From Paramoeba atlantica (taxonomy: Eukaryota; Protista; Discosea), in NCBI GenBank assembly GCA_977017575.1, contig CDRNVI010000045.1, positions 1 through 64,000 on the forward strand: a stretch of 64,000 nucleotides of DNA, given 5' to 3'. Position 1 is the first letter of the stretch. The number at the start of each line of letters is the position of its first letter. The translations under genes and the position numbers were made by a program. The notes beneath the pieces were generated by a model, which had not been told where the DNA came from, made no database searches, and worked only from the letters and a program-made list of their open reading frames with translations. Of this stretch, positions 51,359 to 62,556 are shown piece after piece.

Positions 51359-52531
51359 TTACTCAGATACGAAATGTTTGTCTAGATATTCGCGCATGGA
51401 TAAGCGCGGAACACTTTGTTCGATCCATCGTTTTGGAAGCTTATGTTTGTGATAGATCACAGCCTCGAATAGATTGTCCCGCAAATCAAGTTTTAAATTC
51501 CGCGTATCCTTTCCTATATCATATAAGTCAAGGTAGCCAGAAAACTGATTTCTGCTCAAGTTCAGAACCTCCAACGAGTCAGGAAGATGTTTCAAATCTA
51601 GTACCCCAAAAAACAAATTCTCGCGGACATTGAGACTTATAAGATCAGGAAGTCTCATCAAGTTTAAGAATCCTGTCAACTTATTCGACTGCAGCGATAA
51701 CTCCTTTATGCTAGCAGGTAGGCTTTCTAAAGTTATGGTGCCGTTAAAATCGTTGGTATCCAGGCGCAGAAGCTCAATATTTGGAGGTATTGTGTCAAGG
51801 GCTAAACTTCCCGAGAGTAAGTTGTTGCGCACATTAAGGCGATGCAAATAAGGTGAAATCAATGATAAACTTAAGTCGCCTTCAAAGAAGTTACAGCCCA
51901 AATCTAGATCGGTAAGTGAACGTGGCAAACTATCCAAAAGTAGGTTGCCTTTGAAAGAGTTTCCGTGGAGGTTCAATCCCTCTAGACTTTGAGGTAAATT
52001 ACCAAATTGCAAATTCCCACTGAGTGAGTTACATGATAGCTGTAGCAGTTCCATTTTTTCTGGTAGTGATGATAAATCAAGCGGCCCAGTATGTGCATGA
52101 CGAGACATAGCTAAAAATTCCAACGAGGCTGGAAACGAAGCTGTTGGAATAGTCCCATGCAAGTTCCTCTTCCGTCCTAAAGGAACGTTAGCTGCAAAAT
52201 AAGAGAGTCGAACGGGCATGACATGCCAAGTAAGGTTTCCTTTTAGGACAATGTCGTCAAAGAGAAGAGAAAAAATACGCATGCGTTCATCACAATTCAC
52301 TCCCTCCCACTGACACACGTGGACGGAGGAATTACGCCAATAAGCGGGTCGATAGGTAACGTGCGCTACAAAGCGTCTCATGCGAGTATCATCATCTTCC
52401 GTAAGCGCACTTACTTTGCTGCCAAACTTTCTTCTTTTTAGCGGGGGCTCACATGCCAGAAAGAAAAACACGTTAGCATGGAAGTCAATCACGAATGGCC
52501 ACAAAAACAAGAGCGACGCCAAATTGGGCAT
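51359..52531 (-). CDS. Intact LRR protein; empty-site paralog of copies X and Y
   Basis: 390 aa; PPLKRRKF, CQWEGVNC, about 9 LRRs. Confidence 0.85.
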   Translation of the reverse strand: MPNLASLLFLWPFVIDFHANVFFFLACEPPLKRRKFGSKVSALTEDDDTRMRRFVAHVTYRPAYWRNSSVHVCQWEGVNCDERMRIFSLLFDDIVLKGNLTWHVMPVRLSYFAANVPLGRKRNLHGTIPTASFPASLEFLAMSRHAHTGPLDLSSLPEKMELLQLSCNSLSGNLQFGNLPQSLEGLNLHGNSFKGNLLLDSLPRSLTDLDLGCNFFEGDLSLSLISPYLHRLNVRNNLLSGSLALDTIPPNIELLRLDTNDFNGTITLESLPASIKELSLQSNKLTGFLNLMRLPDLISLNVRENLFFGVLDLKHLPDSLEVLNLSRNQFSGYLDLYDIGKDTRNLKLDLRDNLFEAVIYHKHKLPKRWIEQSVPRLSMREYLDKHFVSE

Positions 52532-53157
52532 AAAACTGGAGAATTTGTTTTAATTTTGAAACTGATTATAGTTTTGGTTTTAAAATTTTGGGCTTATCCA
52601 CGAAAAACAGTATAAATACGAAAACGAGGTTCGCGCTTTATACGTTATGTTCCGATTTCCGACTTGTCGTTGCGATGTTGGAAGACTACAACACAGTTTT
52701 GTTTCAGCCTACGTTGTAAGTCCTTGTATTTCCAAAGTTTTAAGAAAAATACAAAATCACACATGTCATTCAGCAAAATTAAGAAAAGAACGGTTTTCCG
52801 TCTCCTCCTGTGACTGATATTCACTGCCCAAAAATCGCTCATCGTACGGCGCCCAAGACATTCCCAAACCCATACTCATTCCACAAATTACTACCGGACA
52901 CACCCAATGGTGCTATGCTTATATAAGCCATATGCACATACCGTAACCAAAAACACGAACAACAGTTTTTAAACGTGCGACCACGAATCGCACTCGCGTT
53001 TTCCTTCTCATGCCCAAGCTCACTCCGCAAAAAGAAAGTCTGTTGAGTTCTATTTTTTGCTCTATAACCCACCTTTTACACTTTAAAACAGCACTCCACA
53101 CGTCCGCTTTATATTCTCGTTCGTCTAACTCATAGGATTCATCATACCTTTACGTGC

Positions 53158-54327
53158 TTAGTAGGAGTAACCTTTGACAAACAATGACTGCTCCTCACCA
53201 CAAACATCCTCCTTCGCATCGTACTTCCCCAACGTTGCTAGCGAGTTCATCCGTGCGCGGTGCAGTAATCCCTGCCGGGCTTTTTCCACATTCTCCTCCT
53301 TCCCCTGCCATAGTCGCAGTGCTGAACTCTGGAGCGCACGAGCATAGGAAAAGCGCAGCTGCCAAGGAAGCGGGGAGGTAACCCCCGGAACCTCCTGCAA
53401 ACCCTCCGCCCCCTTATTCATTTCAGTTAAGTACCGCGTGGCTTCCTTCTCACTCAACCCGCCGGAGAGGAATACAACCCCGGGGCATGCGGCCGGAAGA
53501 GCCCGACGTAAGGCGTACACCGTCGCTTTGGCAATTTCAGCGCCCATATCCGTCGTCTCCATGTTCTTCTTTTCCGCACACTCGACCCCAGGGACGACCA
53601 TACTGGGTTTTAACAACATCCCCTCCCAGACCACACCATACTCCGACAATTTCTCCGCCACCGCACGCCAGATCCGAACACTCGCGGCCGCACACTGCGC
53701 TAAACTATGCCCCCCCTCCATCAAAACCTCCGGTTCCACAATCGGCACCAACCCCACACTTTGCGTTAACTTCGCATACATCGCCAGGGTCGCGGCATTA
53801 TACTCCACCAAACTTGCCGAGACCTTTCCCTGCGCATCCAACCGGTACACATTCCGCCATTTCGTAAAACGAGCCCCCAGGGCTTTATACTTCTCCAGTC
53901 GAGCCACATACCCCTCCAGCCCCATCGTCATCTGCTCCCCTTCGGCTCCCGCCGCAAACGGCACAAGCCCGGCATCGGTTTTAATCCCGGGAACAATGCC
54001 TTTACCTTCGAGTAACTTCGCAAAGGACTCCCCAGTGCCACGCGCGCTTTGCCCCAGCGTCTCCTCATGGAGGATCACTCCACTGATGCAGTCTTCCAGC
54101 CCCGGAGCCGCGAGCATTAACTCCCGGTACCTTTGTCGGTTTTCGGCAGTGTTCTCGAGACCGATCGGGTCGAATCGCTTCGCACAGGTGCCGGTGCTCT
54201 CGTCGGCGGCCAGGATCCCTTTGCCGGGTTGCAGGAGCTGGGCGACGGTGGTGGTGAGGGCGGTGTAGGTGGTGGGGGGAAGGGGGAGGGGGGGGAGGGT
54301 AAGGGAGAGGGACATGGGGAGGGACAT
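53158..54327 (-). CDS. FBA: Fructose-bisphosphate aldolase, class I
   Basis: GKGILAADES, GVILHEETL, GARFTKWR, PIVEPEV, LLKPSMV, VVFLSGG, FSYARALQ, C-terminal Tyr. Confidence 0.95.
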   Translation of the reverse strand: MSLPMSLSLTLPPLPLPPTTYTALTTTVAQLLQPGKGILAADESTGTCAKRFDPIGLENTAENRQRYRELMLAAPGLEDCISGVILHEETLGQSARGTGESFAKLLEGKGIVPGIKTDAGLVPFAAGAEGEQMTMGLEGYVARLEKYKALGARFTKWRNVYRLDAQGKVSASLVEYNAATLAMYAKLTQSVGLVPIVEPEVLMEGGHSLAQCAAASVRIWRAVAEKLSEYGVVWEGMLLKPSMVVPGVECAEKKNMETTDMGAEIAKATVYALRRALPAACPGVVFLSGGLSEKEATRYLTEMNKGAEGLQEVPGVTSPLPWQLRFSYARALQSSALRLWQGKEENVEKARQGLLHRARMNSLATLGKYDAKEDVCGEEQSLFVKGYSY

Positions 54328-54710
54328 GGTGGGGATACTATTAGAGAGGGAGAGGATAAGGTTGTTTTTCTTTTTTTATTGTTTTTTTTAAGTTAAAAAT
54401 TTATTTACCGTTTTTACATTTTCATTTTTTATCTTAATTTTTTTTCAATTTTTTTTAGGAATCTCATTTTAATTCTAGGTTTGTATTTTTAGTTTTAGAA
54501 GGATAAGGTCACTTTAGAAAATAAAACATGTTTTGTACAGCATAAATACGTATAAATGTTGTTTGTAAAATTGGAGTGAGAGGTTCGGGCTACACATGGT
54601 TTCAGAATTGTATGCTGGTACCCTCGATACGTGGCCTCATGGTCCCTCAAATGGACAGAGCGAGCTTGGCGAGTAATTCCAAACGTTACGTTAGCCCACT
54701 CTGTTGAACG

Positions 54711-54956
54711 TTACTCTTGAGCAGGGTGTATCCTATAGACACCTCGACGAGTGCTACTCTGCTGATTGTTTTTACAAATAATCTGATGTTTGTCTATTCG
54801 GGAAAGGTGGAAGCACCGACCACAGGTGGCACAGGGTTTCAGAGCATCCGAGCCTTGGGCTCCACGCTTTTGTTCGTCCTCTAAAAAGTCTTGCGGGATT
54901 CGGGTATATTCTGTTTTGTCGTGACAAACGTTAAGGGGTTTGTCGTCCCGAGACAT
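54711..54956 (-). CDS. Small C2HC zinc-finger (ZC2HC1-like) protein or fragment
   Basis: LKPCATCGRCFHLSRIDKHQIIC. Confidence 0.5.
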   Translation of the reverse strand: MSRDDKPLNVCHDKTEYTRIPQDFLEDEQKRGAQGSDALKPCATCGRCFHLSRIDKHQIICKNNQQSSTRRGVYRIHPAQE

Positions 54957-55394
54957 TGTTTGGAAAGATATGCGTTAGAAAAATGGTTTTGAGGAATTGG
55001 AAATATGAATCATCGATAAACATTGTATGAAAACGTTTCTTTATCCCTCTTGTTTATAGTGATGAAAAAATTTCTGCATTGGTATACGCAACAAATGGTG
55101 GACCTCAAAAACTAAAACTGTTTTCTTTCAAAATATTCGCAAAATTCAGCAACTAGTCTACATCATCTTCATTGTGATTCATTGTTCGCAAGAAATATCG
55201 CTCTATATACAAATATTCGAACTCCCAATTTTCTCGAAACCTAAAAATGTCATTGTAAACGAAATTGCCCCTACATATTACGTATTGTGAAACACGTTTC
55301 GTTCCACAAAATATGCATCAACTCATTTGTTCAATACGAGGTCCTGTGTATATACCAATTCCACATTTCAAAATCGTTTTCTTCATCAACATAT

Positions 55395-56360
55395 TTAGAA
55401 GTAAGTGTAGCACGGATTCTTCCGCACCGCACGCGAGCGAGCTAGGCTACTGGACCCACATAAGCTCCTCTCCAACGCACTCACGGGACGGTGCGCGAGC
55501 TTGTACCGGTTATACCCCGAGATCGCGACAGTCGCGAGCAGCAGCACCAGTCCCAGACTTATCCCCACGCACAGCACAATGTACTTTGGGGTCCACTTCC
55601 CGGCTCGTTTCGCGGAACGCAACTTGACGCTTCCGTTTTCTTCCTGCTCTTCCTCCTGTATCATTTCCGAAAGCTGGGCATGGGCCTTCTGCAACTCAGT
55701 CATGGGGTCTACAATTTCTTGAGGCATTAGAGCATTTTCTTCTTTCTTTTCCCCATCGCTCCCTGCCCACCAGTTTTGAACCCCCGACATCATACGCGAG
55801 ACATAGCCTTGGGTTTCCTCCACCGTATGATCCCGATCAGATGCCGAATTAGAATCAGAAGATGAAAGCTTCATCTCTTCTCCACTCTCCCCTCCGGGAA
55901 GAAACTCCTTTGCCTTTGCTTTCACCCGATGAAACAAACTATGCGGACTTGGGGTCTCCGTATTCTCCAAATCGGCCAGCGCTTGTTCCGCGAGCTCGGA
56001 TCCCAAATCAGTGGCGAATTGCGTTGCGGAGTGCTGAATCGCAGAAGTATCAAACGGCGCGGTGTCGTGTAGCGCGTGCGGGAGAACGGAATCCGAATCG
56101 CTAAATGTGTTGAGTGCTTTATGGATTCCTTTCTTATTGCTGTTCTTTATCTTCTCATGTTCCTCTTCCTCCGCTTCATCCGCAAAGGTTTCGTGGATTT
56201 TACGTTTCGCGACATGATAGAGTCGACGTGCGGCACTTTTGGTGCGTTGACGACCGGAGGACGGGGAGGGGTTGGGGGGACCGGAGGATGGGGCGGCAGC
56301 CAGGGAGGTTGCGGGGAAGACAAGGAGAACTGCGAGGATGCAGAAGGAAGATAGACGCAT
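55395..56360 (-). CDS. Hypothetical type I membrane protein
   Basis: Signal-peptide-like MRLSSFCILAVLLVFPATSLA; charged ectodomain; TM YIVLCVGISLGLVLLLATVAI. Confidence 0.7.
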   Translation of the reverse strand: MRLSSFCILAVLLVFPATSLAAAPSSGPPNPSPSSGRQRTKSAARRLYHVAKRKIHETFADEAEEEEHEKIKNSNKKGIHKALNTFSDSDSVLPHALHDTAPFDTSAIQHSATQFATDLGSELAEQALADLENTETPSPHSLFHRVKAKAKEFLPGGESGEEMKLSSSDSNSASDRDHTVEETQGYVSRMMSGVQNWWAGSDGEKKEENALMPQEIVDPMTELQKAHAQLSEMIQEEEQEENGSVKLRSAKRAGKWTPKYIVLCVGISLGLVLLLATVAISGYNRYKLAHRPVSALERSLCGSSSLARSRAVRKNPCYTYF

Positions 56361-56976
56361 TGGGGGGATAAGGAATAAAAATGCGAAAAAATGAAGTTTA
56401 TAGCGTTTGTTTAGGAATAAATAGCATAGAGAGGATAAATACTGTCACGAGTTCCCACTTCTCCGGCGTCATGAATCGCCACGCGCGGATGCCATACGTT
56501 TCTTTTTTGTAATCAAAGAAAGCTGTTCTTTTTTTTAATTAAAGAAAGAACAAGGTCACGACGAAAAGAAAATTATTATATTCGAGTACAGTGAAGTATT
56601 CAAACACGGGTGGATTATATTACGGGTATTTTTAATTACGGGTATTTTTAATTAAGATTATTTTGAGGACCGAACAAAAATACTTTTTTTCATACCTATA
56701 ACCATCGACCTCACTTTCATACGAAACACAAACCTTTATAAAATGATCACAGACGAATCCAATGGCTTGGGCGCTTAAATGTTACTCAAAATGTGTGTTC
56801 AAAAATTATTAATTTACGAGCGGATTATAAATTTATTACGGTTAATTTAATTAAGATTAATTTTAGCCAAAACCAACCTTAAAAGCGTAATTATATAATA
56901 CTGTAATTAAATATATCACTGTAACTAAACAGAACTAATAGTAGCTAAGGTAGTAACGTGCTAATAAAAAGTGAGC

Positions 56977-57344
56977 TACTCTCCCCCCCCTATCCTAGCG
57001 TTGTCCCGGTGCCCCCACCTCCTAGCGTTGCTTTTGAGGATGACTAATCCTGGCACGAAGCGGCAGATGTTTTTTTTCGTTCTTTTCCGAGTTTTATATT
57101 CATGAAAACATTTTTTATCGATTTCAAGAATTTATCAATCCCATGTTATTACTTTCATTAGCTATTAGTCTCACTATATTACCATCTTAGAGCCGTCATC
57201 GACATGTCTAAAGATTCACTTGAAAATTGTGGCCCGATGAGCAAGTACATTATTCGAAATCTCCCATTGGTGAGGTTTTTTACCCCCCCTTCCTAGCGTT
57301 GCTTTTCACCAAAACCAGGCAACTCTAGGATAGGGGGGGGAGTA
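56977..57344. mobile_element. TA-flanked MITE (CCCCCCCCTATCCTAG TIR)
   Basis: tactctcccccccctatcctagcgttg ... caactctaggataggggggggagta. Confidence 0.75.
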
Positions 57345-57405
57345 TTTCCTTTCATATCCCTATCATACTCACTGTTCAGTTTCCGTAAAAGTGTTGATCT
57401 TTACA

Positions 57406-57945
57406 TTATATAGCCATACAGCCCTTGATTCTAGGATTCCTGCTAAGACGAAGATAAAAGAGTCCCTTTGGGCGTGATTCGAATAATACCGTTCCAGAAA
57501 AATCATTACAATGCAGGTCTAGAACCTGCAGCGTCTGGGGTAGGCAGGAAAAATCGATCTCCCCAGTAAAGCGATTTGAAGACAGCCACAACTGAACCAA
57601 CGTAGGGGGCAACATGCCCCATTCCACCTCTCCTGTTAAGGCATTATCACTCACATCAATACAACGCATGTTTCGGGGAAGAAATGCCCAGTTGAGAGAC
57701 CCGGATAATCCGTACTCACGCCATCGAATAGTTCGTACTTCGTCATTGCGGTACAACACCCCATCACCTCGACCTAACGTATTGCTCCGGGATGATCTCT
57801 TTTGTTTCCCAGATAACTTTTCGGACCACGAAAAAACGTGACCATCTATTTGCTTAGTAAGCATCTCGAGGTCGTATTCTGGAGGAAGATTGAGTGCACC
57901 ACGCACCTTTGCAGGCCTGGTAACTACCGTTGGAGCTTCGTCCAT
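57406..57945 (-). CDS. LRR protein of the expanded family
   Basis: AKVRGALNLPPEY...LPPTLVQLWLSSNRFTGEIDFSCLPQTL. Confidence 0.75.
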   Translation of the reverse strand: MDEAPTVVTRPAKVRGALNLPPEYDLEMLTKQIDGHVFSWSEKLSGKQKRSSRSNTLGRGDGVLYRNDEVRTIRWREYGLSGSLNWAFLPRNMRCIDVSDNALTGEVEWGMLPPTLVQLWLSSNRFTGEIDFSCLPQTLQVLDLHCNDFSGTVLFESRPKGLFYLRLSRNPRIKGCMAI

Positions 57946-57998
57946 AAAAATATTTAGATTGGTATTAAAACCCTAAAAGTATAACGTAAATAAACGCA

Positions 57999-58075
57999 TA
58001 CAGGAGTTCGAGTCCAAAGGTGGGGGCGGGGGGTAAAAAATTACCTAATTTTGGAAAATGCTAGCGCACTCGAGA
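57999..58075. repeat. Solo Tc1-family TIR remnant
   Basis: TA|CAGGAG..aaaggtggggg..ctaattttggaaaatgctagcgcact, similar to 5546-5625. Confidence 0.55.
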
Positions 58076-58357
58076 GAGTTGACCATTTCCGGCAATTTAT
58101 GATTCTGTGATTTTAAATTCTATTCTTTGTGGACTTCTCCCTCTAATAACTAATTATGAATTATTCGGTTCACAGGATTTATAAATACTTCTTAGAGGGT
58201 TGAAACCTATGAGGGGCAAAACCTGGTAAAACCTTGCAAAACCCGCGTATTCCTTATTGACGTGGCGAAAAAAGTACTTTGTCAAAAATAGTGAAGAGCA
58301 TACATGTTCTCCATTGTGCGCTGAATGCTGTGAGACTGGGTGGGAAGCCTGGGAGTG

Positions 58358-59798
58358 TACCGTCACCCCCCCTCACTTGTCCCGGCGAAAAGGCCAAAAA
58401 AGCGGAAAAGGCGGATAAGTCGCGTGGTAGGACAAGTCACGTAGCATCAAGAGGAACTGTATGACACATTTTTGTATACATCCGTATACATGAAAAAACT
58501 CTTTTTCGAACTTAAAGGGGGGGCTCGTTTATTGTTAACATTCGGTTATTGTTAACAATGAATTAATTTCGGTTTTTTCGTGTGACTTTTGAATTTTTTT
58601 GTTCCCTATGGTCATGTTGTATAGCGTTCATGATAAGGAAAATGGTGCGCTTAACTATATGCGAAACAATGTTATTGAAACAACAGACTTTCGGTCGCCC
58701 GACGATGGCAACCTCCAGAGACACAGTTTTGGGTGAAACTGGATGGCAATTGAAAACTACATAGTTCCCTAAAGAGGTGTCATTGGAGAGTTGTTAGTAG
58801 CTCCGGCGATTGCAGTGACCTTCAGTGACCTCCAGAGAGTGTCCAAATACCCCCCATTGTTAACAATATTCGAACTTTCATTGCAACACGTATAATGTTA
58901 ACATTGGGGGGTAAAAGTTCGATTATTGTTAATATTCGATTTTTGTTGGCAAAAAATGCTCGAAAAAAATGTTAACAATAAACGAGCCCCCCTTTATTAG
59001 GTCGGCGTCAGTACCATCAGCGAGATGGCAGTGCCAGGGAAGACCACGAGGAGGTCCCAACCTTACTTCCCCATTTCGGTTTTGTGCCTAACTTTCAGAG
59101 GAAGTAGTTTTCTTTACACAAACGGTAACTTTATCGCTTTCCGAATATAACGTGATTCTTGACTTGAAATGAACGTACATTTTAATTACGCTAAAAAGTG
59201 TGTCACCGGTAACATGAGCCCACGTACTAATAGATTAAATACATTGTATATGAATATAAATGGTGTTTACAAGGGAAAAACAATATCAACTGAATTAAAG
59301 CATGTAAACAAACCCAAGTAAACAAAAAGTGCGCAAATATAGATTTTATGAAAGATAGGAAGGCGTATAACGCTAAAACGGAAAATACAATTTAAGTTTA
59401 TTCTGATTTATAATACAGCTATCATTTTTAATAAAACAGTTTCTGATCTTTCTGACATTTCCAGACGTGTCTCCCACATGGGGCATTACCGCTGTGTTTT
59501 CAGTTTTCAAAGTGATGAGTACTAGTACTTGACTAGCGTTGAATGGTTCGTAGTTTCGCTTCTTTCTAGACATCATGATTCAAATAGTTTTTAAAGAGAT
59601 AATATCTGTAGACTGAGTGTCGTACTTTGTAGAGATAGTCGTAACTGGTTTCTATTAAATATCTGCAACTTAAAAATACGAAAACTAAATTTTCAAAAAT
59701 GATCAAGGGCAGAGGGGATACCACAAGACTTATCCGCCTTCAAAATCTCAAAAGCGGATATGTCACGTGGTAGGACAAGTGAGGGGGGGGTGACGGTA
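58358..59798. mobile_element. Non-autonomous TA-flanked TIR element (1.44 kb) with a nested MITE
   Basis: TA|CCGTCACCCCCCCTCACTTGTCC ... GGACAAGTGAGGGGGGGGTGACGG|TA; no transposase seen. Confidence 0.75.
58513..58996. mobile_element. Nested MITE
   Basis: taaagggggggctcgtttattgttaaca ... tgttaacaataaacgagcccccctttta; many internal gttaaca repeats. Confidence 0.75.
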
Positions 59799-59866
59799 CC
59801 TTACCCTCTTTACAGGTCACGAATACAAAGCATACCAATGTAGTACAACCTGGGCGTTGAGTAATA

Positions 59867-60250
59867 TTGAGTAAAAAGAAGTACACAGGCATTTCCTTCC
59901 TTTTGCTAAAAGGAAGTACACGGGCGTCCCGCCATAAATTGGTTAAGGATGGCTTCCATCATCTCCTACCCCAGTACGGGCACAACCCAGGTCTCAACGA
60001 ACCCCGATTTGATAATGAAAAGGGTCCGGATGTGTGCTTCCAAATCGGGCCCCGCCTTGCCCTGGTGGACGTCACGGTCGTTAACCCCCTCGCATCGTCT
60101 TACATCGCCAGGGAGGCAGGATCCCCCGGCTTCTCTTTAGGCCTGACGGAGGGCAAGAAGGCTTCAACCCATGCCACAAAACCCGTGCCAAAGCAGCGGT
60201 GAGAAATATGGACTTTTACTCCCTGGCGTTTACAACTTTCTGGGCTCCAG
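59867..60250 (+). pseudogene. CRE-like REL endonuclease fragment
   Basis: EPRF....PDV......ALVDVTVVNPLASSY...KK, the C-terminal pattern of CRE-type ORFs. Confidence 0.55.
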
Positions 60251-60682
60251 GGAACGATCACCCCCGTAACATGGATTAGACCATTCTACCCAAAACCGAT
60301 TGTATTTTTTTGCTAGCCTTTTTTACGATTTTCGGTTCCTTTTGCAAAACACTTTGCCCAAAATATCACTATTTTGTAAGTAAAAAAATATCTGATTAGG
60401 AGAAACGGGATCTAAGTAGCGTAGACACGATATTCAGAGCGAGATCTCTCGTTTGCGATAAAAATCAGCTCAAACGGCCTCACGAGGCTAAAATGCAAAA
60501 CGAGTCAGTTTTCGTGGTCCCCCCTGTATGGTAGTACAGGACTTTAAGCTCATGTACACGGATTTAAAAAATTAATACTGTAAAACTAGTACTTAACATG
60601 TCCCACATATTCGAGGAAAAGCCAAGTGGGCTAGCGAGACGAATGTTTAGATTAAAACGCGCAAACTCAGTTGCAACGCACT

Positions 60683-61453
60683 CTACTTGCAAAACCCAAA
60701 GCGGCCCGCTTCTTTCAGCTCATGTTCGCCATCCATACGACACAGTAAATCTGGATTAAAGGACAAATCGACAGTTCTAACAGAAGGCGGCAACTGTGTG
60801 ATGTCAGCAATACCAGAAAAACGGTTTCTACACAATCCCAAGTGGCGCAAAGATGCCGGAAGAGCTGTAAGATCAGGTGTTCCGGAGAGACGATTGCGCG
60901 CAAGAGAAAGCTTTTGCAATTGGTGAGGCAGACTTGTCAGGCAAACTTCGCCTGAAAACTCGTTGTCGTACAGCAGAACGGATATCATACCTTGTGGAAG
61001 AACAGTTAAGTCGAGTTCACCGTCAAATTTATTCCATCCAATGCTAAAGATTTTATGACCTGAAGGAAGATCACCTAGGAAGTTGCGTCCTTCCAGTGTA
61101 TTATCTATGCCGGTAAATACCAACACAGTTTCTGGAAGATGCTGCATACGTAGCAAGCCGTATAATTGTAGTTGATCCCAGTGAATCTCTGTAATCAGGC
61201 CTTCGTCGTTACACTTTGCACCTAACCACTCGCAAGCGGGAGTTTTGGTATTCCAGGATTTGGGCAAATTGCCTATCTCTCGGACCAGTCGGGCCAGTTG
61301 ATATTCTCCCGGTAGGGTAGCGTGACTTACCTTTCCAGTGCGCACGACTGATCCTTTACACGGACTTCCGGATGTACTTGAATCGACAGGGTTAATTTTA
61401 CGTCTCTTAGACGAACGTTCAGCTGGGTCGTGAAGAAATGCCAGAAGAATCAT
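60683..61453 (-). CDS. LRR protein of the expanded family
   Basis: SSKRRKI...ATLPGEYQLARL...TPACEWLGAKC...LPASLRHLGLCRNRFSG. Confidence 0.8.
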   Translation of the reverse strand: MILLAFLHDPAERSSKRRKINPVDSSTSGSPCKGSVVRTGKVSHATLPGEYQLARLVREIGNLPKSWNTKTPACEWLGAKCNDEGLITEIHWDQLQLYGLLRMQHLPETVLVFTGIDNTLEGRNFLGDLPSGHKIFSIGWNKFDGELDLTVLPQGMISVLLYDNEFSGEVCLTSLPHQLQKLSLARNRLSGTPDLTALPASLRHLGLCRNRFSGIADITQLPPSVRTVDLSFNPDLLCRMDGEHELKEAGRFGFCK

Positions 61454-61632
61454 AAAGGAAAAAATACGGGAATCATAATGATCAAAATGGTTGTTGTAAA
61501 AAAGAAACGAAGTCCTTCAATGTCATAACAAAAGAACAGGTATTATGGGTATGCAAAATACAGAAGGAAACAATTTGTTTAAAAAACGTTTCAACTTATA
61601 GTCCAATTCGCACTCGCTATTTATCCTCCACC

Positions 61633-62556
61633 TTATTCCACTCTGTGCATCACAACACCTTTTCCTCCCCTCGATCCCCGCAAGATCTGCACCGCACTCC
61701 AAACCCCCGCAAACCGAAACGTCAGCAAACCCGCACAAACCACCGCATAGGAAAGCTGCCAAAACCACAGATACGGCACCGCACCCCCCTCCTTCCCCAC
61801 CTTCATCACCTCCCACAGCAACCCCACACAATTCAAATTCGACAACGTCACAAACACCACCTGCAGGGCGGCAAATTTACGCACGGGAAACAAAATCGCG
61901 AGGTTATAAAACAACGAACTCACCTCCACCCCCACGCCCACATAAAACACCCTCTCCTTTAGAAACGGAACCCCCAGACACCACCCACAGGCGTAGCTGG
62001 TCATCGCGTGGTGGACCAGCAGCGTCCAGTGGTTCCGGTTCCCATAGACCCAGTGGTCCTTGAGCATGGCCCCCGCCACGGAACACACCGCATGTAAGTG
62101 GTAGAGCGCAGCCACAGCGCCCATCCCGGGGGAAGAGCCCAGGCTGCTGAGTAATCCTATTGAACTACTACTCCCACCACTACTACTCCCATTATAATCA
62201 TAACTACAATGGCTACTGTTGTATAGATTACATAAATCATACCTACTATTATGATGACTATTGACTAGATGTATATTCATATTATCATACCTACTGTAAT
62301 AATAATACCCGTAGGTGAGTGCGGGTAGGATCAGTACCTGCTGGAGCAGGCTGCTGTGGTACGACCACAGGGGGTAGCCGTCGATGAGCCTGCCGGAGCC
62401 GGGGAGTCGCTGGAGCTTGTACCCCAGGGAGGTGTGCAGGAGGGCCCAGGCCAGGGTGAGGAGGGTGGGGTGGGGGCCGGTGAGGGCGTGGAGGAGGGCG
62501 AGGGAGAGGAGGGGGCAGAGGAGGCAGTTGAGGAGGGAGGAGAGGGTGGGGGACAT
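61633..62556 (-). CDS. TLC (TRAM/LAG1/CLN8)-domain membrane protein
   Basis: Multi-pass hydrophobic protein with LVHHAMT and VEVSSLFYNL motifs. Confidence 0.6.
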   Translation of the reverse strand: MSPTLSSLLNCLLCPLLSLALLHALTGPHPTLLTLAWALLHTSLGYKLQRLPGSGRLIDGYPLWSYHSSLLQQVLILPALTYGYYYYSRYDNMNIHLVNSHHNSRYDLCNLYNSSHCSYDYNGSSSGGSSSSIGLLSSLGSSPGMGAVAALYHLHAVCSVAGAMLKDHWVYGNRNHWTLLVHHAMTSYACGWCLGVPFLKERVFYVGVGVEVSSLFYNLAILFPVRKFAALQVVFVTLSNLNCVGLLWEVMKVGKEGGAVPYLWFWQLSYAVVCAGLLTFRFAGVWSAVQILRGSRGGKGVVMHRVE

